Source: Ostreococcus lucimarinus (Eukaryota). From it: DNA of 64,000 nucleotides. The first letter of the stretch is position 1. Each line of letters starts with the position of its first letter. Where the stretch lies: NCBI GenBank assembly GCA_000092065.1, contig CP000585.1; one strand, given 5' to 3'. This document shows positions 51,086 to 60,235 of this stretch, piece after piece. The position numbers and the translations under genes were made by a program. The notes under the pieces were generated by a model. It did no database searches. It was not told where the DNA came from and saw only the letters and a list, made by a program, of their open reading frames with translations.

Positions 51086-52717
51086 ATGGGGTGCGCGTCG
51101 TCCAAGGCGGTCGACGGCGCGCCGTTGGGTTCGGAACCGTCGACGGCGACGCGCGCGGACGGCGATGTGGCGCGGCGAGAGACGCCGGAGGCGTCGTCAC
51201 CGAACGCGCGCGCGGTTGCGAACGCGAACGCGAACGCGAACGCGAAACCGACGCGGTTCGAGGACGCGTACGAACTCCTGGACGAGATGTCGAGCGGAGG
51301 GTTTAGTTTGGTGCATCGCGCGCGATCGCGCGTCGACGGACAGGTGCGAGCGGTGAAGGTGATTCGCATCAGGGACGAGGAGAGCGTGGACGAGCGCGAG
51401 GACGAGACGGGGAGCGAACGGAGCGACGAGAGCGGGGAGAGTAGTGGGACGCGATTCGGGAGCGATGAAGAAGATGATGACGAGGATGTGAGTTCTGTGA
51501 GCTCCAAGAATGTCGTGAGACAACCGAAGCGGAGCATGCGGTTACGAGAGGCGCGCGCGGAGTACGAGCTCGCGCTAGAGGCGGAACATTCGAGCGTGGT
51601 AAAGGTGTACGATTTTTATTACGATGCGCCGAGCGCGTACGTGGTGATGGAGTTGTTAGAGGGTGAAGAATTATTGGATGATTTGCTCGCGCGAGGTGAA
51701 TACGAAGAAGAAGACGCTAGGGTTCTCATGCGACAAATTTTACAAGCGTTGCGAGCGTGTCACGCAAAACACATCGTGCACAGAGACGTAAAGCTGGAGA
51801 ACATGTCTTTCGCACGCAAGGGCGATCTGAATTCATTGCGACTGGTAGATTTCGGGCTTGCACAGAGATTAGGAGACGGGAGTAACAAGTGCCAGTGCAA
51901 TTGTGGCTCGTCTTCATACGTCGCGCCGGAAATTTTGGGCAGTAAAAATTATAACGCCGCCGTGGACATGTGGTCGGCGGGCGTCATAATGTACCTCCTT
52001 TTGTGCGGCGAGTTACCGTTTTACGTCGAAGATGAAAACGATGAGCAGCAACTTTTTGCGCAAATTAGTCTTCGACGCATCGCGCCGATGTCGTGTGACG
52101 TATCGGACGAGGCGTTGGATCTCATCGATCGCTTGCTTATCATCGATCCCGCAAAGCGGTTGACGGCGGAAGAAGCCTTGTTGCATCCATGGTTCAAAGG
52201 GAACGATACCGTGCATCAGGACGATCTAGGACGATTTCGACTGGCTCGATATATCAGGAAGCAACCGAAAGGAACATTCAAAGAGCGGACGTACGCCAAA
52301 GGTGAAGTTTTGTGTCATCGAGGCGATAGAGCACACGAACTTTTCGTCATACAATCAGGAGTGTGTGAAGAATACATCGAGAGTGCGGAGGGAATCAAGC
52401 AGCGAGTGAAGCGGCATTACGTTCATGACTATGTTGGAGATCGTGGATTATACATCCCAGCTGGTGTAGTGGTGCACAACGATGAAAACGAAGACGAAGA
52501 GGATGTCTCCGCGCCTTGCGCACAATTTGTACAATTGGCGCGGCGCGTATCAACGCTCATTCGAATCAAAAATATTTGGCTTCGTGGACGAAGGCAAGTG
52601 AGCCTGAGGGCACTCACTGAGACAATCGTCACCATCGTCACGAGCGCGCAGCTCCGCCAAATAGTCGCCGAAGATTACGGCGTATACGACGAAGTCATGT
52701 CGCAACGGGCAGATTGA
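51086..52717 (+). CDS. CaMK-like Ser/Thr protein kinase with N-terminal myristoylation/palmitoylation motif and C-terminal cyclic-nucleotide-binding-like domain
   Basis: Begins MGCASSK. Kinase subdomains are HRDVKLENMSF, DFGLA, and SSYVAPE. The C-terminus YAKGEVLCHRGDRAHELFVIQSGVCEEY resembles a cNMP-binding beta-roll. The track ORF starts at 50996. Confidence 0.8.
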   Translation: MGCASSKAVDGAPLGSEPSTATRADGDVARRETPEASSPNARAVANANANANAKPTRFEDAYELLDEMSSGGFSLVHRARSRVDGQVRAVKVIRIRDEESVDEREDETGSERSDESGESSGTRFGSDEEDDDEDVSSVSSKNVVRQPKRSMRLREARAEYELALEAEHSSVVKVYDFYYDAPSAYVVMELLEGEELLDDLLARGEYEEEDARVLMRQILQALRACHAKHIVHRDVKLENMSFARKGDLNSLRLVDFGLAQRLGDGSNKCQCNCGSSSYVAPEILGSKNYNAAVDMWSAGVIMYLLLCGELPFYVEDENDEQQLFAQISLRRIAPMSCDVSDEALDLIDRLLIIDPAKRLTAEEALLHPWFKGNDTVHQDDLGRFRLARYIRKQPKGTFKERTYAKGEVLCHRGDRAHELFVIQSGVCEEYIESAEGIKQRVKRHYVHDYVGDRGLYIPAGVVVHNDENEDEEDVSAPCAQFVQLARRVSTLIRIKNIWLRGRRQVSLRALTETIVTIVTSAQLRQIVAEDYGVYDEVMSQRAD

Positions 52718-52827
52718 GCTTACAATATCTATACATTAGCTACCTAGACTTCCTAGACTTTTCTAGAATATAGGCTACAGTTACTAGCGTTACCGTACAT
52801 CCTGTACATCTTTTTTTTGCTGTATGC

Positions 52828-53991
52828 TCACGCGTTGGCACGAAGCGTTCGTCTTTCGAACGCTCCAGTGAGCATTCCGCATGCGGCGTTTGTGTCCAAG
52901 CCACGCGTGCGTCGTATGGTATGCGTCACACCGCCCTCTAACTGCGCACAGAATCGATGAATGGCGTTTCCGGATGGCCTTGTGTGATTAATACCATCGA
53001 TGTTATTCCAAGGAATGATGTTGACGTGTGCGCCGGTACCAAACTTCCGTTTTAACATTCGGCTCAGCGCTTTTGCTTGAGATGGGGAATCGTTGACGCC
53101 GGCGAGCAAGGTGTACTCGAACGTCACGCGTCTCCCTGTCTCCTTAAAGTAAGCGCGTGCGTCATTCAATAAGTCCTCCATTGGATAGTACTTCGCGGAT
53201 GGCACTATTTTTGCCCGCGTGTGTTGATCAGGGGCGTGCAAAGAGATTGCAAGCGTGATTGCGAGCTTTTCCTTCGCCAGTTTCTTCAACGAATTCGGGA
53301 TGCCAACGGTTGAAACTGTTATGTGCCGTCCACCAATCCCAACATCTTCGTTCAGGCACCTTATCGCTTGAACCACGGATTTGATATTCAGCATCGGTTC
53401 ACCCATGCCCATAAAGACCACCTGCGAGACGCGTTTACCGTACAGCTCCTCGAGTTCGATCACCTGAGCCGTGATTTCCGCCGGCGTCAAATTTCGCTTG
53501 TATCCTTGCATCCCTGTCGCGCAAAACGTGCACTTCATCGCGCATCCGACTTGACTGCTCACACACGCCGTCAACCGATTCTTATCCCATCCCTGCACGC
53601 TTTTGAACACCTCAGATGCGTTCTCTACCTCCACCTCAGCCTCCGCGCTCGCGCGCCAACAACTCGCGTCTGGAATCCCCACCGCCTCGATCACCTCTCG
53701 CTCGCCCACGCGCAAGGAGACCTTCCCAGTGCCGCACCCACTCACGCTCGCCGACTCCACCGCCAATCTTCCGGTTCGATACCCCCCCGCGACGAGCGCG
53801 TCCCGCATTTCACGCGGTATCAGCGAGAAATCTTCAATCCTTCGACACCGCCGCGCGCCGTACAGGTGTTCGCGAATCTGCGTCGCTCGATACAAAGGTT
53901 GCCCGCACTCGTCGACGACGATCGATTTAAGCGCGCGCGCGGACATTCCGAGCAAATCCTTCGCGACGGCGCGCGCGGTGGCCGCCGCCAT
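52828..53991 (-). CDS. rlmN: Radical-SAM rRNA/tRNA adenine-C2 methyltransferase RlmN/Cfr family
   Basis: CVSSQVGCAMKCTFCATGMQGYKRNLTPAEI (CxxxCxxC radical-SAM cluster in the RlmN context), MGMGEPMLN, and the C-terminal Cys. The N-terminal conserved helix is ALKSIVVDECGQPLYRATQIREHLY. The ORF continues upstream to 54870 as poly-Arg shadow, so the true start is uncertain. Confidence 0.8.
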   Translation of the reverse strand: MAAATARAVAKDLLGMSARALKSIVVDECGQPLYRATQIREHLYGARRCRRIEDFSLIPREMRDALVAGGYRTGRLAVESASVSGCGTGKVSLRVGEREVIEAVGIPDASCWRASAEAEVEVENASEVFKSVQGWDKNRLTACVSSQVGCAMKCTFCATGMQGYKRNLTPAEITAQVIELEELYGKRVSQVVFMGMGEPMLNIKSVVQAIRCLNEDVGIGGRHITVSTVGIPNSLKKLAKEKLAITLAISLHAPDQHTRAKIVPSAKYYPMEDLLNDARAYFKETGRRVTFEYTLLAGVNDSPSQAKALSRMLKRKFGTGAHVNIIPWNNIDGINHTRPSGNAIHRFCAQLEGGVTHTIRRTRGLDTNAACGMLTGAFERRTLRANA

Positions 53992-54066
53992 CGCGTCGTG
54001 GAGCGCGCGCGAGTGCGGCGTCGCACTTACTCGCACGCGCGCGACGACGACGCGCGGGCGAGGTCG

Positions 54067-54903
54067 ATGGCGACGACGACGACGGCGACGACGACGAGCA
54101 TGAAAATCACGCCCACGTACGTCTCGCCGTTCGCCGCGAACGACGCCGCGACGACACCTGTACCGGTGACGAAACCGGCGGCGGCGAAACCGGCGGCGAA
54201 ACCGACGACGACGGAAGCGAAAGCGAAGGCGAAACCGACGGAAGCGAAGCCGAAACCGACGGGTGCTAAACCGTCGAACGCGAACGCGAACGCGAACGCG
54301 AACGCGAACGGGACGCGCGCACCGTCGAACGCGGGGATGGGGAAGAAGAAGCGCAAGCGTAAAGACAAGGATGGTCAAGCCGCCGGCGCGGAGGCGAAGA
54401 AGAAGTTGTTCACGAAGAAGGATTGGACGTGTGCGTGTGGATTTCTGAATTATTCGAAAAATAAGCTGGCGTGTCATAAGTGCAAAGCCGCGAGACCGGC
54501 TCGGGTGGGTAGGAACGCGGCGGAGGATTACCTGTCGCGGTGGGCGGTGATGGAGACTACCGAAGTCAATGCCATCCACCATCAATTTTTGCTGAAGCAA
54601 GTCGGGATCGATAACGAGCTCCGGGATGAGTTTTTTGATTTCTTCGTTGAGTATTGCGGTAGTTTGCCGGACAGTCGTCGAAGGAAGATCGTTTCGGGGG
54701 CGAAAAAGGTCCGGGCACGTTTGGACGCGATTTTGCAAGCGTGCGACAATAGAAAAGGCGCCGCGAGCGAGAGCGATGAGGGCGAAGACGAAGACAAGGC
54801 GCCGGTCACGGCGAATGTAGCACAAACAAAAAAACGCGGCAATCGAGGGAAAAAGGGCCGAGGCAAGCAAGCTGCCAAGGCTTCTCCAACGCCCGCAATG
54901 TAG
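54067..54903 (+). CDS. RanBP2-type zinc-finger protein with Ala/Lys/Pro/Thr-rich N-terminus
   Basis: DWTCACGFLNYSKNKLACHKCKAARP fits the W-x-C-x2-C...N-x6-C-x2-C ZnF_RanBP2 pattern. Alternative start MGKKKRK near 54340. Confidence 0.5.
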   Translation: MATTTTATTTSMKITPTYVSPFAANDAATTPVPVTKPAAAKPAAKPTTTEAKAKAKPTEAKPKPTGAKPSNANANANANANGTRAPSNAGMGKKKRKRKDKDGQAAGAEAKKKLFTKKDWTCACGFLNYSKNKLACHKCKAARPARVGRNAAEDYLSRWAVMETTEVNAIHHQFLLKQVGIDNELRDEFFDFFVEYCGSLPDSRRRKIVSGAKKVRARLDAILQACDNRKGAASESDEGEDEDKAPVTANVAQTKKRGNRGKKGRGKQAAKASPTPAM

Positions 54904-54961
54904 TATAGCAGTTGAATTCGAAGTTAATTCAGTTAAATCTAACGCTAACAGTCGCTAAAAA

Positions 54962-56506
54962 CTACCACCCACCGAGATCAATACTTCCTCTCGGTGTCGT
55001 CAAAGGTGATTTCGCGGGTGAGTTCGTCGAGAGGAGGATGACAGCGCGTTGTCGTGCCTTTCGACAGCTCTCCAACAGCTCGCTCATCGGGGTGTTGCCG
55101 AGCACGGGCGTGTGCATGGGCGTCCGAGGAGTGCTCCCTATATCCGGAGTCATCGCCAGCTGCGAAAACGCGTGTGATTCAGGCGTCGCTTGTTTCAAAG
55201 CTTCGTTTTCTCCATGGAGAACGTTCACTAACATTTCCAACTGTGCGATCCTCTCCGTCGCTGCGTCCAACTGTCTCTTAAGCTTGAGCTCAGCTTTGGT
55301 GGATTTTTCAAAGTTAACTGCAACTCTGTTCCGAATGCTTCTGGCCCGATTGGCATACTTGAGCGTGTTTAGCGTCTCGTCCGCGTTCGTGTCGGCTGGT
55401 GATACGCAAGCAAACATCACCGTTCGACTGTTACCTCCGAGCGAATCTTGCAGTAACCTCGTGAGCTTTGAATCTCGGTACGGCACGTGACCCCACTCGC
55501 GCCTATTCGCATCCGTCAACGCAGATATGCAGTTTGAAAGCGCGAGCAACCCCATATTAATCTGTACGCCTTCTTTGAAACGTTGACCTCTACTTTCATT
55601 GAGTGTCACGCGCTCAGAGCCGGCGAGATCCACCAGGTGAAGTTTTGCCAGTGTCGCCTTGGCATCGCCAACTTTTGTCTCGACGTTTATTGTCAATATC
55701 GCGTGTGAGCGACTCGACCGCACATTCATCGTACTCTCCGCCGTTGCTCTGCGAAGAATACCTTCCTCTAGCACGTCTAAACAACCTTGAACATCGCTCA
55801 CTTGTACGATTCGAGCTCCGTTCAAGTACACACCTCCCTCTTTGGGATTTTCCCGAATCGTCACCGCCGTCGCCGTCGCCGTCGCTTCTGGATCCTCACT
55901 ATCGAGCAATAAATCCCGAATTTCGTCCTTATAAATCTCTATGAACGAAGTACACACCTTAACCGTCGTCATCGCCTCGCAGTCGGCGATGCTCGCGAAG
56001 ATCGTGTCAAAAACTCTTCGAGCCATGCCCGCGCCGGCGTTGTCGCCACCCATGCCCATCGTGTGCGTCTTCCCCGAACCCGTCTGTCCGTACGCCATGA
56101 CGCTCCCATTATACCCTTGCAATACCCCACCCACTATTTCTTTTACGTGCGCGTCGTACGTCACCGCCAGCTCGTCTTCGTTTCCTCTCGAGACGCCGTC
56201 GTACGTAAACTGATGCCCGCTCTTCGTCGCCACGCTGTCCTCGGCGATGACCAGAGCCTCGCTCGATCCCAACGCGAGTTCGCGCGCTATGAGCGGTCGA
56301 ACGACAGCGATGACTTTGACGCAATCACTCGTCGCGCTTCGCGTGGACATCGCGCTCGGCGACGACGAACGCTGCGACGCGGCATCGCCAGCCGTCGGTC
56401 GCGACGCGCGTCTCGGCGTCCTCGGCGCGCTCGGCAGAAAGGATTTCGACGGCGATGGGGCACCCACGGACGACGTCGTCGATCGATCTTCGCGCGCGTC
56501 GTCCAT
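54962..56506 (-). CDS. Kinesin motor-domain protein, 514 aa
   Basis: P-loop GQTGSGKTHTM, switch I NVRSSRSHAI, switch II LHLVDLAGSER, and a neck/coiled coil after the motor. Confidence 0.85.
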   Translation of the reverse strand: MDDAREDRSTTSSVGAPSPSKSFLPSAPRTPRRASRPTAGDAASQRSSSPSAMSTRSATSDCVKVIAVVRPLIARELALGSSEALVIAEDSVATKSGHQFTYDGVSRGNEDELAVTYDAHVKEIVGGVLQGYNGSVMAYGQTGSGKTHTMGMGGDNAGAGMARRVFDTIFASIADCEAMTTVKVCTSFIEIYKDEIRDLLLDSEDPEATATATAVTIRENPKEGGVYLNGARIVQVSDVQGCLDVLEEGILRRATAESTMNVRSSRSHAILTINVETKVGDAKATLAKLHLVDLAGSERVTLNESRGQRFKEGVQINMGLLALSNCISALTDANRREWGHVPYRDSKLTRLLQDSLGGNSRTVMFACVSPADTNADETLNTLKYANRARSIRNRVAVNFEKSTKAELKLKRQLDAATERIAQLEMLVNVLHGENEALKQATPESHAFSQLAMTPDIGSTPRTPMHTPVLGNTPMSELLESCRKARQRAVILLSTNSPAKSPLTTPRGSIDLGGW

Positions 56507-56735
56507 GACGTCGCCGCGGGGCGTGTCACGACGGCGCAGTGTGCGGCACTCGGACGCGAATTGTTGGATTACGTGTCATTTGTTTGGATTGGCGTTCGCG
56601 CGCGCGTCGAAGCGGTTCAAAGCGTGATTTGGAGATCTATTACCAGTGTCGACACTGAGAACTAAGGAAAACTACCGCGGATCGATGATTGACTAGTGTC
56701 TCCGATGCCCCGCGCGGTGAGGACGAAGTCTTTGG

Positions 56736-57155
56736 CTACTTTTTTGTTTTGTCGGCGTCCGCCTTTGCTCGCCTCGCTTCTTCCTCCGCGCGTTGCTGCG
56801 CGAGCACAGCCTGGGGATCGTGCAACTCGAAATTCCTTCGCGCGTCCTTCAATTTAGCGTTCATCTCCAACAACTCATCCACGCGAGCAAACTTTTTCCG
56901 ATCGTTTCTGATGACGTACAGCAAGTCTTCCGTCTGCATGCGACCGCGTCGTTCCGCCACCTCCATCGCTCGATGCGCGACGTTGGTGAGATAATCCACC
57001 AGCATGTCCTCCATGAGCTCGATCGAATCTGGATCGGGTTCCTTCGCGTCACCGAATCCGTACATCATGTACGCCACTGTCGCGTCGACGGTCGCCCGCG
57101 CGTCAGTCTCGCGTTCGTTTCGCGCTTCGAGCGTTCGTTCGAGTCCATCGACCAC
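56736..57155 (-). CDS. TAF13: TFIID subunit TAF13 (histone-fold), 139 aa
   Basis: MMYGFGDAKEPDPDSIELMEDMLVDYLTNVAHRAMEVAERRGRMQTEDLLYVIRNDRKKFARVDELLEMN is collinear with the TAF13 core (MMYGFGDDQNPYTESVDILEDLVIEFI...IRKDPRKFARVKDLLTMN). Confidence 0.85.
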   Translation of the reverse strand: MVDGLERTLEARNERETDARATVDATVAYMMYGFGDAKEPDPDSIELMEDMLVDYLTNVAHRAMEVAERRGRMQTEDLLYVIRNDRKKFARVDELLEMNAKLKDARRNFELHDPQAVLAQQRAEEEARRAKADADKTKK

Positions 57156-57667
57156 CCCTCGCCGCGCGCTCGCTCGATCGGCCCGTCATCGCTCGCATTC
57201 ACCACGCACAATCTTTCGCGAACGCGCCGCGCTTCCTCGTGAACGCCTCGTCCTCGCCCTCGTGTTCCCGCTCGTCCTCCAGCTCCGCCGGTCCTCGTCC
57301 CGGTCGCGACGACGGAAAGCTCGCGTGCGTCGTCGTCTCCGTCGTTCGCGCGCGTTCGGCGACGTCCGCGGCGTTCGCTTTCGCGACGTGCACGGTCGTC
57401 GGCGCGCGCTCGGGCACGACGATCGGGAACGCGCTCATGATTCGACGCGATTCGACGCGATCGCGCGCGGGCGTCGTCGCGGTGTGCGGGACGCGGTCCG
57501 CGGACGAACGCGGGATTCGACGCACACCGCGACGACGCCGGCGCGCGCGCGAGCGAACGCGAGCGAACGCGAGCGGTCGCGGCGACCCGGCGCGCGGTCG
57601 AGCTCGAGCGAGTCCGACGACGCCGCGCGGCGAGCGAACGAACGCGCGCGCGCGCGGCGGCTCCGCC

Positions 57668-59053
57668 ATGGCGACGACGGGCGAGACGGACGACGGCGCG
57701 ACGGCGCGACGACGAGGGGCGCGGACGATGCGAGTGGGTGATGTGGTGTTGATTGAGATCAACGAAGGCGAGCGAGCGACGTTCGCGACGCTCAAGGAGG
57801 GGAAGAGCGTGGACGTAGGGAAGAGACAAAAAGTACCCGTCGAGGCGCTGTTGGGGGCGCCGTTCGGGTCGCGGTACGAGATCGTGCATAACACCGGCGC
57901 GTGCGTGCGATTGGGCGCGGAGGGGGTGGATGATGATGTCGCGCATGGTTCGGCGCCGGTGGAGGACGAGCGGTCGAATAAGCACGTGTCGAATAAACAC
58001 GAAGGCGCGCAACGGCTCACGGACGCCGACATCGCGGCGTTGAGGAGAGAGTTTACCGGCGAGGAGATGGTGGAAATCATAGCGGCCAATAGCAAGACTT
58101 TCGACGAAAAGACGGCGTTCGCGCAAGAAAAGTATCGAGCGAGAAAGATGAAGAAGCACATGACGAGAATTTTGGTGAGATTTCCGTCGCCGAGGCAAGT
58201 TTGCGAGCAGTACTTTTACAGCAATCCGTACAAGACATCGCACATGCGCTTCGACGCGCTCTCGATGTTGCTCAACGCGGGGAACGTGGGCGCACACGCG
58301 CAAACTTTAGTGTTAGACACGTGTGGTGGCATCGTCCTCGGAGCCGTCACCCACCGCATGGGAGGTATGGGGCGCATTTGCAACGGATTTATAGGCCAAA
58401 ATCCAACCGCGATGGATGTGTTGCTGCAGATGAATTTGGAAGACGCACACTTCGATTGCATGCGACACGCGGCGCTTTCGAAGCTTATCGAGAGGCGAGA
58501 GGGAAGAATGGATGAAGATTCGAAGATGGATGAAGCGAATGGGTCAAAGGATGGCGAAAAACTGTCGACGACGGAGAAACAGGAGCGAAAGCACATGAAA
58601 GTCAAGTACGCCGCCGAAGACGACTTTGCCAACTTTGCCCGCCAGGGCTTCAGCTCACTCATCGTCTCCTCCCTTTCAATCGAGCCAAAATCTACGCTTG
58701 AACAATTGCTACCGCTGTGCGCGTCCTCAGCGTCGTTCGCTATATGGTTCAACGCCGCCCAACCTTTAGCCGAGGCGTTGCATCATCTGAGAAACACGAA
58801 CACTGCGATTAATCTTTCCTTGGTCGAACCATTCATGCGAGCCCAGCAAGTACTGCCTGGGCGGACGCATCCCGTGATGACTACTGATGCTGGCTCAGGC
58901 GGGTGGATTTTGAGCGGCACCTACGTCGGTGTTGGCAATTCAGTACACGAAAACTCCAAGCCAGAGGCAGAGATGGCGGAGACAGCGAAGACGGCGGAGA
59001 CGGCGACGCCAAAAGACGAATCGAACAAAAAGGCAAAATTGGAGGATGAGTGA
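57668..59053 (+). CDS. TRM6: tRNA (m1A58) methyltransferase non-catalytic subunit TRM6/GCD10, 461 aa
   Basis: MRVGDVVLIEINEGERATFATLKEG, DADIAALRREFTGEEMVEIIAANSKTFDEKTAFAQEKYRARKMKKH and SHMRFDALSMLLNAGNVGAHAQTLVLDTCGGIVLGAVTHRMGGMGRI are collinear with human TRM6. The track ORF begins at 57239 with an Arg-rich leader. Confidence 0.85.
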   Translation: MATTGETDDGATARRRGARTMRVGDVVLIEINEGERATFATLKEGKSVDVGKRQKVPVEALLGAPFGSRYEIVHNTGACVRLGAEGVDDDVAHGSAPVEDERSNKHVSNKHEGAQRLTDADIAALRREFTGEEMVEIIAANSKTFDEKTAFAQEKYRARKMKKHMTRILVRFPSPRQVCEQYFYSNPYKTSHMRFDALSMLLNAGNVGAHAQTLVLDTCGGIVLGAVTHRMGGMGRICNGFIGQNPTAMDVLLQMNLEDAHFDCMRHAALSKLIERREGRMDEDSKMDEANGSKDGEKLSTTEKQERKHMKVKYAAEDDFANFARQGFSSLIVSSLSIEPKSTLEQLLPLCASSASFAIWFNAAQPLAEALHHLRNTNTAINLSLVEPFMRAQQVLPGRTHPVMTTDAGSGGWILSGTYVGVGNSVHENSKPEAEMAETAKTAETATPKDESNKKAKLEDE

Positions 59054-59162
59054 ATTTTATCGGTTCGGCTAGAATACTACAATAGCGAGAGAATCGCGGG
59101 CGACGTTCTCAAACTACTACTACCGCTATTTAATGCTACCCCTAGATGATAGACGAGTGTCC

Positions 59163-59984
59163 TCAACGCGAGAAGAACATCCAAACGATGAAAAGAATGA
59201 GCACCGTTGCGAACATCCCTCCATACACTAAGATGGCATCCAGTCTCTGTCGCCGATCAATGACTCGCAACAAACTCGATGACACGCCCATTTTGTCGAG
59301 CAAACTGAAGACCTTGCGCTTGACGTTTCGCAAGGTGGCGCTTTGTTCGCTCAAATTGCCAAGCACGCTCGCCCCTTGCTCGAGCAATTCATCCACCATC
59401 GAACCCGACCGCCGAACTGATTTCATCGAGCCAGATTCCGCGTCGTACTCTCCCACGAGCGAACGAAACCCCTCGTCGTCGGTCACTCTGCGCATTAAAT
59501 CTTCGCGCTCCTTTTGTTCGTTTAACCGACGCTCCTCTCGCGACCCAAATCTATGCAACGACATCTCCAGATGATCCGTTTCCTCGATCACGTGTTCAAC
59601 TTTTCTCTGTTTACGTTTCGAGTCGCGCGATATTCCCGTCAGTCGTTATGTTCGCATCGGCGCGCCGTCGTTCGTCGCGAGGGGCACCAAGCGTTTGCGA
59701 CGTCGCCGAGAATTACACCAACGTCTCGTCTCTCATCCACATCACCGTCGCACCTTCCACGTATCGCTCTTCGCGATCGACGCCGTCATCGCCATCGCTC
59801 TCCACTGTCGCTCCATTTCGCTCGTAATCTTCTTCAGCTCTCCCATGCGCGTCCGCATCTCTCTCGCCAATCCATCGTTCACGCCGTGTCCGCGTCCCTC
59901 GTCGCGCTCGAGCTTGGACAATCCCTCGGTGACGTCGAAGCACAGGCGACGGGAGACGGCGTAGAGGTCTTCCAAGCTCGCCAT
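59163..59984 (-). CDS. Golgi Qb-SNARE membrin/GOSR2 (Bos1)-like, two exons (59984..59754 and 59606..59163) with a predicted 147-nt GT-AG intron
   Basis: The C-terminal exon has ELLEQGASVLGNLSEQSATLRNVKRKVFSLLDKMGVSSSLLRVIDRRQRLDAILVYGGMFATVLILFIVW, matching the membrin SNARE motif plus TM anchor. An upstream ORF (MASLEDLYAVSRRLCFDVTEGLSKLE...) supplies the N-terminal Habc-like helices. Donor AAG|GTGCGA and acceptor AAACAG|AGA give an in-frame join. Confidence 0.55.
59607..59753 (-). other. Predicted spliceosomal intron (147 nt, GT...AG, phase 0) in the membrin-like SNARE gene
   Basis: A stop (TGA) lies immediately downstream of the donor, ending the upstream ORF. The acceptor precedes the in-frame RKVEHVIEETDHLEM. 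Splice positions were inferred, not proven. Confidence 0.45.
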
Positions 59985-60235
59985 GCTCGACGGCGTTCGC
60001 GAACGGGCGCGTGTCCACGACGCGCGCTGACGAGTGCGGCTCGGCGCATAAAGTGTCGTTCCCAGCGCGGATAGCGATGCGCGGCGAGGCGCGGCGAGGC
60101 GAGGACGACGGCGCCACACGCCCGCGCGCGCGAGCGACCGCGAGCTCGGACGACGCGGACGAACGCGTGGACGCGGACGAACGCGCGAGGACGTCGACGA
60201 ACGCGCCGAACGCTCGATAAAAGAACGCGAGCGTC

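Noticed and set aside
57065-58303. 412-aa and 320-aa minus-strand ORFs opposite TRM6
   Set aside because: They are antisense to a gene with strong TRM6 homology. Their composition is low-complexity R/A/S.
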